Source: an uncultured Verrucomicrobiae bacterium
Lineage (GTDB): Bacteria; Verrucomicrobiota; Verrucomicrobiia; Chthoniobacterales; JAFAMB01
Assembly: GCA_963813025.1 (NCBI GenBank)
Contig: CAWEXO010000009.1
Span: 64,001 to 128,000, forward strand
Length of the DNA: 64,000 nucleotides
Reading direction: 5' to 3'
Part shown: positions 41,041 to 51,772 of the stretch, piece after piece
How the letters are laid out: each line of letters begins with the position of its first letter
How positions within the stretch are numbered: the stretch's first letter is position 1
Made by a program: the position numbers and the translations under genes
Notes under the pieces: generated by a model
Databases searched by the model: none
Told to the model about the DNA's origin: nothing
The model's input: only the letters and a program-made list of their open reading frames with translations

Positions 41041-42392
41041 TCGTGTTCCAAGGCCTCAGCTGGGTTAATGACGGGCGTCGCCGAAGATTCCGCCGGGGCC
41101 ATAAAGCTTTCGAGCTGGTCCGCAAAACCAGGATAAGAGGTTGCGATACACTCAGTATCTTCAATCACAACTGGTTCTTCAGCGAACAAGCCGGCGATCG
41201 CAAAAGCCATGGCAATCCGGTGGTCTCCGTAGCTCCTCAAACGTCCGCCTAAGAGCGGAGCACCGCCATTAATCTCCAAACCATCTTCGCGCTCGACAAT
41301 GTCGGCTCCCAACGCGATCAGATTGGTGGCGATTGCGGCCAGTCGATCAGTCTCTTTCACGCGCAGTTCCGCCGCGTCCCGGATTACCGTCTTGCCCTCT
41401 GCCAATACTCCAGCTACGGTCAGAATCGGTATTTCATCGATGAGGTTGGGGATTTCCGCGCCCTCGATCACGGTGCCGTGCAGGCGCGTTCCCTGGATGC
41501 GGATTTCGCCTTCTGGTTCGCCGTAGGATTCGTCTTCAACGACTTCTCTGATTCGTGCTCCCATCCGCAAAAGAACTGAGAGGAAGCCGGCCCGGGTCTC
41601 GTTCAGACCAACTCCGCGGACCAGCAAGTCAGCCTCGGGTTGCGCGGCGGCGGCTACCAGCCAGAATGCGGCGCTCGAGATATCGCCGGGCACGTTGAAA
41701 TCACGCGACTCAGCGACTTGGTCGCCATGCATCGAGACAATGAATCCGCTTCCGAGCGGTTCGCGCTGCACTTGCACCAGGAAGTAATTCAAAAGGCGTT
41801 CGGTGTGGTCGCGGGTCGGCAATGGTTCGATCACTACCGTCTTACCGGGCGCCGCTAATCCGGCCAACAGAATCGCACTTTTTACCTGTCCGCTCGCAAC
41901 CGGCAATTCGTAACGAATTGCCTGAAGCCGGCCACCGCGAATTCGCAGTGGAGCAGTCGACTTTGGACCCGTAGTCTCGATGAGCGCGCCCATGCGACTT
42001 AGCGGCTCAACGATTCTTCGCATCGGCCTTGAAGACAGGGAAGCGTCCCCCACCAGGACTGTCTCGAAAGGCTGGGAGGCCACAAGGCCGGCGAGCAGTC
42101 GCATCAATGTTCCGGAGTTGCCGCAGTTAATCGGGTGTTCGGGCGCATGCAGACGCCCGCCCTGGCCATGCACAATCAAAGTCGTTTCTTCCGCCTGCTC
42201 GATTTCAATGCCGAGATCGCGTAACGCCTGGACCGTGCAAAGGCAGTCCTGGCTTGGAAGAAATCCGCGAATGACACAAGTGCCGTTCGATACACCGGCA
42301 ATCATCACTGCCCGATGCGAAATGCTCTTGTCGCCGGGTACCCGGATCTCGCCTTCGATTCGCGGGGCTTTATCAACGGTCAACTCAGACAT
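41037..42392 (-). CDS. aroA: EPSP synthase
   Basis: PGDKSISHR, CGNSGT, RDHTER, ELRVKETDR, DHRIAM. Confidence 0.98.
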   Translation of the reverse strand: MSELTVDKAPRIEGEIRVPGDKSISHRAVMIAGVSNGTCVIRGFLPSQDCLCTVQALRDLGIEIEQAEETTLIVHGQGGRLHAPEHPINCGNSGTLMRLLAGLVASQPFETVLVGDASLSSRPMRRIVEPLSRMGALIETTGPKSTAPLRIRGGRLQAIRYELPVASGQVKSAILLAGLAAPGKTVVIEPLPTRDHTERLLNYFLVQVQREPLGSGFIVSMHGDQVAESRDFNVPGDISSAAFWLVAAAAQPEADLLVRGVGLNETRAGFLSVLLRMGARIREVVEDESYGEPEGEIRIQGTRLHGTVIEGAEIPNLIDEIPILTVAGVLAEGKTVIRDAAELRVKETDRLAAIATNLIALGADIVEREDGLEINGGAPLLGGRLRSYGDHRIAMAFAIAGLFAEEPVVIEDTECIATSYPGFADQLESFMAPAESSATPVINPAEALEHD

Positions 42393-42478
42393 AAGTGGGT
42401 GAAAGGTTCTGGGTGGTCAATATACCGTCTCGACTGCAACGAGAGTATGGAGCCAGGCGAAGCGGCACATTTGAGGCA

Positions 42479-42809
42479 CTAGGGCGCCGTCTCATATATA
42501 ACGATGACGTCGCCGCAGGTCAGTTGGCTGTTTTTCAAGGCGGTCCGAGCCGGACTGGCAGTAGAAGCGTCCATTCTGGATTCATACGGATCGAGGTCCG
42601 AGTCGGACTGGCGGTAGCAACGCCGAAAAACAGCCGACTGGCCGCGGCCCAAAGGGTTGCGTTGAAAATGGGCCGGCGGCGTCGTTGCTCCTCGGTCACG
42701 TATCGCTTCAGATATGCTCCCTCCTACTGCCAGTCCGGCTCGGACCGCCTTGCCGGCGGCCCATTTTGAACGCAACGACATCATCGGTATATATGAGACG
42801 GTGCACTAG
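42479..42809. mobile_element. MITE copy 2 (331 bp)
   Basis: TIRs CTAGGGCGCCGTCTCATATATA ... TATATATGAGACGGTGCACTAG; no transposase. Confidence 0.9.
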
Positions 42810-42811
42810 TA

Positions 42812-43648
42812 CTAGGTCGAAATCTTACCTCGAATCTGCCTGGCTGCCTCGAGGAAAGAACGCAATTGTTTCTTATCTCCCGTTCCGAGCACGCCGGAAA
42901 GGCGTTCGAGCTGCGACACTAATGATTTTAGGGGAACCGCGAGTGCATCGCGATTAGTCATAAGGATTTCTGTCCAAAGGTCAGCTGAGCCGCCCGCTAC
43001 CCGCGTCAAATCCCGGAGCCCTGGACCCGCAAAGTCGAGGGCTTCCGGCGCGCAGGACCTGAGCGCCTCCAGCAGCGCGCCCGCCACCAGGTGGGGAAAA
43101 TGACTGATGGCGCCAACCACTTGGTCGTGCTCCTTAATCGGAAGCCGAACGGGCTTACTCCCAAGGTGTTTCCAGAACCGCTCGATCGTCGCGAGATCTC
43201 TTGGCGAGGAAACAAAGTCGGCCGAGACAATCGTGATAGAGTCCTGAAAAAGATTCGCTCGAGCGTAATCGGACCCGGAGCGCTCTGATCCGGCCATGGG
43301 ATGAGTCGGAATGTAAATGGCTCGTTCAATCAAAGCCGGCGCGAGAATTTTTGCTACGTGCCCTTTGACGCTCGCCAGATCCGATACGGTCGTCCCGGTA
43401 CGAACCGCTTGAGCGAGTTCTGATGCCAACCCAGCGAAAGCGGAAATTGGGATGGCAATAAGGAGCAGATCGGACACTTGCCCTAAGTCGCGCAGAGTTT
43501 CGGCACGGGTCGCTCCGGCGAAACGCGTGGATCGAACTTCCGCGAATGGTTCATAGAAACTCACCGGATAACCTGCTGCCTGTGCTGCAAGAGCAACCGA
43601 GCCACCCATCAAGCCAAGACCAACAACGCCGATGCGAACCTTTTTCAT
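42812..43648 (-). CDS. tyrA: Prephenate/arogenate dehydrogenase
   Basis: GLGLMGGS, DLASVK, HPMAGSE, HDQVVGAISHFPH, RDLTRVA. Confidence 0.93.
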   Translation of the reverse strand: MKKVRIGVVGLGLMGGSVALAAQAAGYPVSFYEPFAEVRSTRFAGATRAETLRDLGQVSDLLLIAIPISAFAGLASELAQAVRTGTTVSDLASVKGHVAKILAPALIERAIYIPTHPMAGSERSGSDYARANLFQDSITIVSADFVSSPRDLATIERFWKHLGSKPVRLPIKEHDQVVGAISHFPHLVAGALLEALRSCAPEALDFAGPGLRDLTRVAGGSADLWTEILMTNRDALAVPLKSLVSQLERLSGVLGTGDKKQLRSFLEAARQIRGKIST

Positions 43649-43771
43649 GCCCTTCCTGGCTAGGAACGCCGCTGCCTCGCGACATTGGAATGGGCCGTAC
43701 CAAACGCAGTAACCACCACCGAGGGAAAGCCACCTTCGCTCCCGCGTCCCAAACGACTCACTCGCACAAGG

Positions 43772-44182
43772 CTACGGTACTAAAAAGATCTTCCCAGTGT
43801 AAGGATCCCGCACTTCAGCACCGGGTGGATAGCCTTCAACATCAACTTCGCCCGCATTTGGCGCATAAGGACTGGTAACTCTTCCTGGCTTCCCCGGAAT
43901 CTTCGTCGCGACCGGATAATTTTGAGGTTGCGCCGGAGTAGGAGTTGCTGCCGGGTTCGGCACTTGGGAAACTTCGGGTGGGGTAGGAGTTGCCTCCGCA
44001 TCCGCAGACGGAGTTGGTCTCGGCTTCGGCTTGGGCTCAGGTAGCTGGCTCACCGGAGGGGTCGGAGTAGCAACGGGCGCCGCGCCGTACCCGTAGCGAT
44101 TGGTTCGACCTGACTGCGGCCCGGAGCAGGAGGCGAAAGCCAGGCCCGCGAGAACCGCGATGAGGAGATGGTGGCGAATCAT
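43772..44182 (-). CDS. Proline-rich lipoprotein
   Basis: Lipobox FASC; PTP repeats; C-terminal [24 protein letters not shown]. Confidence 0.75.
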   Translation of the reverse strand: MIRHHLLIAVLAGLAFASCSGPQSGRTNRYGYGAAPVATPTPPVSQLPEPKPKPRPTPSADAEATPTPPEVSQVPNPAATPTPAQPQNYPVATKIPGKPGRVTSPYAPNAGEVDVEGYPPGAEVRDPYTGKIFLVP

Positions 44183-44244
44183 AAGAAAGGTAAGCTCACG
44201 ATTAGTGCATCCACTTTCGAATGACAAACCATTTCCGGCTGATC

Positions 44245-44850
44245 TCAGGGTCCTGTCCGTAGAAGCTGGATCAGCGCGCGCAGCCGCTGACAGATGTCTC
44301 CGATCTGTAAAAGACGTTGGCGTTCGGCTGGTTCGCCGACAAAAGCCGCGGCGATCACATCGCCCACAATCTCGGGTTCGTCGAGCCTTCGCAAATGATC
44401 TTTCAAATTCGACGGTAACGCGGCACCCACGCTCTGCAGATGCTGGCAGAGCTCCTTCACTTTCGCGGAAAGCGCGTATGCCTCAACTGAGTTTCCCGGC
44501 GATGTTTCCACCAGCTCGATTCTGGCGACCGGAAAAGGTTCCTGCTGAATCCAGCTTAGCAGACGGACTCGGGCCAAGCCCTGCAGGATCAGGTTGGAAG
44601 TCCCATTTTCATTGCCAACACATGCCCGGATAAGGCCCATCCCAGCGATCGGATAGAGGTCCCCAATCTCGTTTGCCTCTCCTTTGCCTGGCCTGAGCAG
44701 GGCGACCGAAAACATCCTCTCGCCGTGTAAGCTGAATTCAAGCATCCGGCGATAACGGAGTTCGAAGATATGCAAGGGGAGCAACGAGTGTGGAAACAGG
44801 ACGGCGTTCGGCAGCGCCATGATTGGTGCTTCTCGCGGGATGTTGATCAC
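44245..44850 (-). CDS. LON peptidase substrate-binding domain protein
   Basis: [28 protein letters not shown]. Confidence 0.9.
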   Translation of the reverse strand: MINIPREAPIMALPNAVLFPHSLLPLHIFELRYRRMLEFSLHGERMFSVALLRPGKGEANEIGDLYPIAGMGLIRACVGNENGTSNLILQGLARVRLLSWIQQEPFPVARIELVETSPGNSVEAYALSAKVKELCQHLQSVGAALPSNLKDHLRRLDEPEIVGDVIAAAFVGEPAERQRLLQIGDICQRLRALIQLLRTGP

Positions 44851-44983
44851 TTCTATCTAATAACGTCGTTCAAGCTTCTCAGGTCGCGAATAAATGGCGC
44901 TCGTTGGTCTAAAGTGCGGCCTCGCTGGAGCAAAAGTAGCACCATGCGCTCCGCGTCTCGATCGATCCGGTTGAAGCGCCGGA

Positions 44984-46198
44984 CTACTTCCGGAGGTACT
45001 TCGTAAGCTGGTCGACATCTTTGTCCCCGCGTCCTGAGAGATTGACCACGACGATCGTCTCCTTGTCCCATTCCGGTGCGTGTTTTCGGACGTAGGCCAG
45101 AGCGTGAGTAGACTCGAGCGCCGGTAAGATGCCCTCCGTACGAGCTAACTCGAAAAACGCGTCCACCACCTCATCATCGGTCGCAAAGTCGTACTGCACG
45201 CGGCCGCGGTCATGTAGATAACTGTGCTCAGGCCCGACCGCGGCATAGTCCAATCCCGCTGAAATCGAATGGGTAGGCTGGATTTGGCCATCCTCGTCAG
45301 CCAGCAAAAACGTCCTGGCGCCCTGCAGGACGCCGAGACGTCCCCCCTGGAACCGAGCGGCGTGCTCGCCTGGACGCAGTCCTCGGCCACCTGCTTCAAC
45401 ACCCACCATGCGAACCTCGGCGTCCTGCAGAAAAGGATAAAACAGACCAATCGCGTTGCTGCCTCCGCCCACGCAGGCCACCAGGAGATCGGGCAAGCGC
45501 CCTTCCGCCGCCAGGATCTGCCGGCGCGCTTCCTCGCCGATAACCCGATGAAACTCCCGAACCAGCAACGGATAAGGATGCGGTCCGTAGACTGTCCCTA
45601 ACAGATAGTGCGTCGTCCGCACGTTGGTCACCCAATCGCGCATCGCCTCATTCACTGCCTCTTTCAGAGTTGCCTGTCCTGCGGTGACCGGGACAACTTT
45701 TGCTCCCAGAAACTCCATGCGAGCGACATTCACCGCCTGCCGCTCCATATCGACTTTGCCCATGTAGATCACGCATTCACAGCCAAACCGCGCCGCCACG
45801 GTGGCGGTGGCGACTCCGTGCTGGCCCGCACCTGTTTCGGCAATAATCCTTTTTTTCCCCATGCGTTTGGCCAAAAGGATCTGACCGATCGCGTTATTGA
45901 TTTTGTGCGCGCCAGTATGCAGCAAATCCTCTCGCTTGAGGTAGATTCGGGGCCCTCCCAGACGGCCGGTGAGTTGTTCAGCAAAATAGAGCGGCGTGGG
46001 ACGACCGCAGTAATCGCCCAAAAGACGGTGATATTCTGCGCAAAATGCCGGATCGACGCGCGCGCTCTCGAACTCTTCACGCAATTGCTGGACCGCCGGC
46101 ATCAGAGTCTCAGGCACGAAAACGCCTCCGTAGGGACCGAAACGGCCATGGGCGTCCGGCACGGCAGAGATCTCCGCTTCTGCGTTCGAGGTGATCAT
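44984..46198 (-). CDS. trpB: Tryptophan synthase beta chain
   Basis: [38 protein letters not shown]. Confidence 0.98.
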   Translation of the reverse strand: MITSNAEAEISAVPDAHGRFGPYGGVFVPETLMPAVQQLREEFESARVDPAFCAEYHRLLGDYCGRPTPLYFAEQLTGRLGGPRIYLKREDLLHTGAHKINNAIGQILLAKRMGKKRIIAETGAGQHGVATATVAARFGCECVIYMGKVDMERQAVNVARMEFLGAKVVPVTAGQATLKEAVNEAMRDWVTNVRTTHYLLGTVYGPHPYPLLVREFHRVIGEEARRQILAAEGRLPDLLVACVGGGSNAIGLFYPFLQDAEVRMVGVEAGGRGLRPGEHAARFQGGRLGVLQGARTFLLADEDGQIQPTHSISAGLDYAAVGPEHSYLHDRGRVQYDFATDDEVVDAFFELARTEGILPALESTHALAYVRKHAPEWDKETIVVVNLSGRGDKDVDQLTKYLRK

Positions 46199-46229
46199 CT
46201 TCTCAAAGAAACAGGAGACCGATCAGGAA

Positions 46230-47227
46230 TCAAACGCCCTTCGCCAGAATCTCTAGAATCGCTCGACGATGCGGGGAGGGCATCGGCAAAGCGGCGACTC
46301 TATCGACCGGGTGCCAAGTCGTTGAGACGAGAGATTTGGGAACCCCGGTAAGGGAATAGACTCGGGCTTCGACCAGAAAACGGGTGATGGGATAGCGAAA
46401 AACCGCGATTGGCTGATGGCCGGCGAAGGTCTCGGCGGCGGGCGGCATGGTCCACAGGCCGTTCCAGCGCCGTCCGGTCTGTTGTTGGAGCAAGAGACGC
46501 CCTCTTCGACAGATCCAGGAATAGTTCTCCGTGACCCGATGAACCTTTGGACGGCGCTTTTTGCGCGGCAGCGCGGTTGGGTCGGATGCGCGACAAAAAC
46601 GCTGGACCGGACACGCCACGCAGACGGGGGCGCGCGGGGTGCAAACAAGGGCACCAAGCTCCATCAAAGCGGCGTTAAAAGCCCAGGGCGTTCGGTTCGA
46701 CAGAGCTTCTCCGCCCAGCGCCAAAGCAATCTTTTCCCTTCGCTCGAATCAATCGGCTCCGAAAAATCGAACAAGCGAGAAAGCACCCGCGCGATATTCG
46801 CGTCGACAATTGGGACGGGTTTGTCAAAAGCGAAACTCGCGATCGCGCCCGCCGTGTACTGGCCAATCCCGGGCAGTTTTTGCAATGCGTCCACATCCTG
46901 GGGGAAAGACCCCTCGTACTTGCTGACCAGCGTCTTCGCGCATTGATGGAGCTTTTGGGCTCGTTGATAATAGCCAAGTCCTTGCCAGGAACACAGCACC
47001 TCCGGCAGAGGTGCCGCGGCCAGCGATTGCATCGTGGGATAACGCCTGATCCAGCGCTGAAAATACCCAAGCACGGTCTGAACCTGCGTTTGCTGGAGCA
47101 TCAACTCGGACACCAGCACGAGGTAGGGGTCATGGGTTTGGCGCCAAGGTAAGGCGCGACCGCGCTCCTGAAACCAGGAAACAAGCGTCCTCCGAAACTC
47201 CGTGCTTTCGATTGCCAATTGCTCCAT
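46230..47227 (-). CDS. mutY: A/G-specific adenine glycosylase, frameshift near 46700
   Basis: LPWR, SELMLQQT, WQGLGYY, LPGIGQYTA, VDANIAR, then ALMELGALVC..C..CP....C in another frame. Confidence 0.93.
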
Positions 47228-47236
47228 CGTTCGAGA

Positions 47237-48178
47237 GTGAATTCCTATACCGTCGTTCTGAGCCTCGCGCAGGTCGACGCTCTTCGCGACCTGCTCACCG
47301 GGCAAGGCTTCGATCTGAGTGATCGGCCTTACATGATCTTTTTCGCCCAGAAAGGCAAGCTATCGATTTCCGTCTACGCGAAAGGGCCGAAGGTAGTCAT
47401 TCAAGGCAAGGAGACGGAAGATTTCGTCCGATACTCTTTAGAACCTTTAATTCTGAAGGAAGCGCGGCTTGGCTATGAGGAGGTGCTCGACCCGGAGATA
47501 TTCCAACCACATTTCGGCATCGATGAGAGCGGCAAAGGAGACTTCTTTGGGCCGCTCGTTATAGCGGGAGTCTACGTTGATAGCGCTATCGCGCGCAGCT
47601 TCCTCGACCAAGGCATCATGGACAGCAAACGTATCTCGTCCGACGCGCGCATCCGGCAGTTGGCTGAGGTCATTCGGAAAACTCCCGGCGTCCTCGCGGA
47701 CGTGGTGATGATCGGCCCGGAACGATACAATCAGCTTTACGCGCGCTTTGCTAATCTGAACGACCTGCTTGGCTGGGGTCACGCCCGAGTGATTGAGAAT
47801 CTGCTTCGGTCCAAACCGGATTGTCGAAGATCGCTGTCCGACAAATTTGCCAATGAATCTGTAGTCAGAAAATCGTTGATGAAACTCGGTCAGACCATCC
47901 AGGTCGATCAGCGGACAAAAGCCGAAGCCGATCCGGCGGTGGCCGCTGCTTCGATTCTCGCGAGAGAAAGGTTTATTCTCTGGCTAGAGCGTCAGGGGCG
48001 GCAGCTGAGCATTCCATTGCCCAGAGGGGTTTCGGAAATAGTGAAGACAGCCGCTCGGGAGATCGTTGAGAAAGTCGGTCCCGAGGGCCTCAGCAAGGTG
48101 GCCAAAATGCATTTCAAAACCGCGGGGGAAATCCTTGCCGGGAAAAGAGCCTTGCCCGCCTCCGGTTCTTGCGGTTAG
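47237..48178 (+). CDS. rnhC: Ribonuclease HIII
   Basis: N-terminal KVVIQGK domain, GIDESGKGDFFGPLV, DSK, VAAASILAR, AKMHFKT. Confidence 0.93.
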   Translation: MNSYTVVLSLAQVDALRDLLTGQGFDLSDRPYMIFFAQKGKLSISVYAKGPKVVIQGKETEDFVRYSLEPLILKEARLGYEEVLDPEIFQPHFGIDESGKGDFFGPLVIAGVYVDSAIARSFLDQGIMDSKRISSDARIRQLAEVIRKTPGVLADVVMIGPERYNQLYARFANLNDLLGWGHARVIENLLRSKPDCRRSLSDKFANESVVRKSLMKLGQTIQVDQRTKAEADPAVAAASILARERFILWLERQGRQLSIPLPRGVSEIVKTAAREIVEKVGPEGLSKVAKMHFKTAGEILAGKRALPASGSCG

Positions 48179-48279
48179 TTCGGAAGGTTCTCAGCGATGG
48201 CGACTTGCGCTCATCAAGTTGACGGTTTTAATCGGCAACCAGAAGTGCCAGGAACGATCGAAATCTCGAAAGGAGTCTC

Positions 48280-48612
48280 ATGGCCAATCTGACGAAACGG
48301 GATATCGTCGTGAAGATCAGTAACGATACCGGCTTAATTCAACAGCAGGTCTTCGACGTGGTGCAGCGCACGCTTGACCTCATCGCCGATGCCTTGGGCC
48401 GGGGCGAAGATGTCGAACTGCGTAACTTCGGTATCTTTGAAGTTAAGCTGACCAAAGAGCGTGTGGGCCGAAACCCGAACCAGCCAGGCAGCAGTTTCAA
48501 AATCCCTTCTCGCGCCGTTGTGAAATTCAAGGCGGGAAAAATCATGCGTCAGAAGGTGTCCAAACTTTCTCCGGCACTTCGACAAGCCGGGGGTCTGAAA
48601 GCTTATAAGTAA
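48280..48612 (+). CDS. HU/IHF family DNA-binding protein
   Basis: LTKRDIV, VELRNFGIF, GRNPNQP, VKFKAGK. Confidence 0.93.
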   Translation: MANLTKRDIVVKISNDTGLIQQQVFDVVQRTLDLIADALGRGEDVELRNFGIFEVKLTKERVGRNPNQPGSSFKIPSRAVVKFKAGKIMRQKVSKLSPALRQAGGLKAYK

Positions 48613-48624
48613 CCGGCAACGGTG

Positions 48625-48990
48625 TCACTTGGGCGGCTGATCACGTGCTTCCAGAGGTCGAAGGCGGAATTTTTCGAAGTGGTCGATGAGCCGCATTTTT
48701 GGCCGTCTTTTTTTCTCCAGGCGAAGACGCTCGGAGGTAACCTCGTGTCGGGTCTTCTGCTGTTTTCGCGCCTCCAGTTCTTCGACCAGCGATCTCCTGG
48801 CAAAAAAACGATTAAGCGACTGGCTGCGTTCACGGCAGCAACGCGCGCGAACATCGGTAGGACGATGGCAAAGGACAACTCCGCCACCCCGCAAGAACGT
48901 TTCGTCGAGATCTCTTTCCCGACAGCCGGTGGCGTCCATCCGGGCTTGTAGTTCCTTTGCTTTCCGCGCCGAAACTGGGTAGGCAGGCAA
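48625..48990 (-). CDS. Peptide chain release factor-like (RF-1 domain) protein lacking GGQ
   Basis: DLDETFLR-GGG-VVLCHRPT..CCRERSQSLNRFFARR, basic tail; TTG start uncertain. Confidence 0.7.
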   Translation of the reverse strand: MPAYPVSARKAKELQARMDATGCRERDLDETFLRGGGVVLCHRPTDVRARCCRERSQSLNRFFARRSLVEELEARKQQKTRHEVTSERLRLEKKRRPKMRLIDHFEKFRLRPLEARDQPPK

Positions 48991-49006
48991 AACGGTTGTA
49001 ACTGAG

Positions 49007-49070
49007 CAGCGGAAGAGGTGAGAGTCAACCAAGCGTCCCTGTCCTTGGTTGACTCTCACCTCTTCCGCTG
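49007..49070. repeat. Perfect 27-bp inverted repeat with 10-nt spacer
   Basis: CAGCGGAAGAGGTGAGAGTCAACCAAG / CTTGGTTGACTCTCACCTCTTCCGCTG. Confidence 0.95.
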
Positions 49071-49111
49071 AGCAGTTGCGTTCAGGGTTCTCAAAGTAGA
49101 TCATACAACCC

Positions 49112-50618
49112 ATGGCTGCCGAACTGTTAACCACGAATCGGAAAGCTCTCACGATCAATCTCGACGAAGCAAAGTATGGCACCTTTGCCGAGATCGGTGC
49201 TGGGCAGGAAGTTGCTCGCCAATTCTTTCAGGCGGGAGGGGCCGCGGGAACGGTCGCAAAGACCATCTCGGCTTACGACATGAAGTTCAGCGACGAGATC
49301 TACGGAAAATCGGCCCGCTATGTCTCGCGCGAACGGTTAAACATGATGTTGGACCACGAGTACGGATTACTCATCGAGCGCCTGCGTGACGTGCGGGGTG
49401 ATCGATCCCACTTTTTCGCATTCGCCGATACCGTTTCGGCGCGGAACTATCGCGGCAACAACGAATGTCACGGTTGGTTAGGCATGCGTTTTCAAACAGC
49501 GCCCAATACGCCGCCGAGCGACGTCATCCTCCACGTCCGGATGTGGGACAAAGAAAATATTCTTCAACAACAGGCTCTCGGCATCATCGGAGTAAACCTC
49601 ATGTATGGCGGGTTCTATTTCCTGGAGGATCCCGATAAGTTGATCAGTTCGCTCGCTGACAATCTCACGATCGACCGGATCGAGGTCGACATGATCAATT
49701 TTGCCGGACCGCTTTTTTCGCAGGTCGATAACCGGCTGATGAGTCTGAAACTGGTTGAACTTCGGCCTGACCAACGCGGTCATGTTCAGCCCGCAAGGTG
49801 AAGTCTTGCAGCCCTCGGAGGTCCTGTACAAAAAGGCGATTCTGGTTGAGCGCGGCAGTTTTCGGCCGGTTACCTTGGTAAACCAGGACATGCTGCAATG
49901 TGCGCTGGCGCAATTTCTGCAGGAGCCGGTATTGCAGGGGAGCGACATCGTTGTCCTTATGGAGATAACTATGCACAACCTGCTCGCGTCTGGGAAAGTG
50001 GACCATGAGGACTTTCTCGCCCGGGTCGATACTCTGGCCGCCATCGGAAACAACGTCTTGATTTCCAATTACATGGAGTTTTACCGGCTCACCTCCTACT
50101 TCCGTCGATACACCAAACAAATGATCGGGGTCGCCATGGGGATTAACAATCTCCTGGAGGTCTTCAACGAGAAGTACTACGAGAATCTCGAGGGAGGCAT
50201 CCTCGAATCGTTTGGCCGATTACTTAAAAACGAGACCAAACTGTATATCTATCCGATGCGCAAAGCGGCCTATGACCGCTATTGTCAGTCGGCGGAAGCT
50301 CCCCGTCCGACTCCATCCGGGCGGAGTTCCGCTCATGCCCTGGCGACGGAGGTATGGATCAACGCGAACAATCTCCAAGTCGAAGTGCATCTTCGGAACT
50401 TGTACGCTCATCTCTTAGAGAATCATTACATCGCTCCCATGGTCGGATATGATCCGTCCACCATGGACATCTTTTCGCGCGATGTACTTGCGAAGATTCA
50501 GCGAGATGAATCCGGCTGGGAAAAAACGGTTCCTGAACGCGTCGCCGCCATCATCAAAGAGCGGCAGCTTTTTGGGTATCGTAAACCGGAACCGGCAGAG
50601 TTGCATCCGGTCGGCTGA
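49112..50618 (+). CDS. Conserved protein, possibly nucleotidyltransferase-like; frameshift near 49760
   Basis: YGTFAEIGAGQEVAR, KTISAYDM, RGSFRPVT; two overlapping frames join into one gene. Confidence 0.75.
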
Positions 50619-50727
50619 GCGGTTGACATTATCTCGGAAATAGGGTCCTTACCGGGCAACCTCATGGACGGTGGTGCCTGAGGTCCCCCCTCTCGAAGCT
50701 GTGGCAGCTCCAACCGACATAGCCCTG

Positions 50728-51435
50728 ATGAATCCGTTGGAGCAGCGGATCGGTTACAAGTTTCGGAACTCGTTGCTGCTCGCGGAGGCTTTGACCCATC
50801 CAAGTCTCGGCCATGAGACCCAGCGGCATCACTTTGATAATCAACGGCTCGAGTTTTTGGGCGACGCAGTACTCCAATTAATCTTCACGGAGCATCTGTT
50901 CCGGCTTTTTCCGCACTTTAGTGAAGGGCAGCTGACGAAGCTTCGGTCCCGGCTGGTTTCGCGAGAAGGTTTAAAAATTCACGCCATCAACATCGGGCTC
51001 GGCACGTATCTGATGATGGGCCGGGGAGAGGAAGCGAGCGGGGGACGTCAGCGCGCCTCAATCCTTGCCGACGCCTTTGAAGCGCTGATCGGGGCGATGT
51101 ATCTGGATAGCGATCTGGAAGTCGTTCGCCAATTCATCATGGAAGAGGCGCAGGAAGATATTCAGCGCCTTGCCCTCCAGCCTCTCGAGATCAATCCGAA
51201 AGGCCAATTGCAGGAGCTGCTGCAAGCGATTTCTCCGAAAAGTCCGGTCTACGAGATCGTCTCGCAGGCCGGCCCCGAGCACCAAAAAATGTTTGTCGCC
51301 AAGGTCATCTGGGACGGCCTCGAGCTCGGATCCGGTCATGGCTCCAGCAAAAAACAAGCGGAAACCGCCGCCGCTCTTTCGGCGCTGAACGCGCGTCTTT
51401 GGGATACCAACGCACCTCCTGAAGTAGCGGGTTGA
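50728..51435 (+). CDS. rnc: Ribonuclease III
   Basis: ALTHPS, NQRLEFLGDAVL, DAFEALIGA, dsRBD SKKQAE. Confidence 0.97.
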   Translation: MNPLEQRIGYKFRNSLLLAEALTHPSLGHETQRHHFDNQRLEFLGDAVLQLIFTEHLFRLFPHFSEGQLTKLRSRLVSREGLKIHAINIGLGTYLMMGRGEEASGGRQRASILADAFEALIGAMYLDSDLEVVRQFIMEEAQEDIQRLALQPLEINPKGQLQELLQAISPKSPVYEIVSQAGPEHQKMFVAKVIWDGLELGSGHGSSKKQAETAAALSALNARLWDTNAPPEVAG

Positions 51436-51503
51436 GGGGCTTGAGCGAGTCGCTCGCGTGAGCAGGGACGCAGGCGGATGGCCTCGTCAGACTCTATGCG
51501 AGC

Positions 51504-51698
51504 TGAGCGGCCGGCGTAGCGCAGACGGCCTCGTCCGTAATCTGGTGGCACTGGCAGCACGCTGCGATGTCCGTTTGACTCCGATGATACCGGCAGTGCG
51601 GAATGCTTTGGTGTGTCCGGGCACCCGCTCACAAGATTAACGGACGAGGCCGCGTCTGTCGACAGGCCCAAGGCCGTTCGCGCTACGCCGGCCGCTCA
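51504..51698. repeat. REP doublet cassette (GCGTAGCGC family)
   Basis: TGAGCGGCCGGCGTAGCGC ... GCGCTACGCCGGCCGCTCA. Confidence 0.85.
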
Positions 51699-51772
51699 AG
51701 CTTTCGCCGCGCCGCTCAGGCCGCTCTAATCCGTTGCGTTCCGGAGGCCAGTTCGTTAGTTTCAGTCTTTCT

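Noticed and set aside
44853..44983. Small gene between trpB and the LON-domain gene
   Set aside because: No RBS or motif support.
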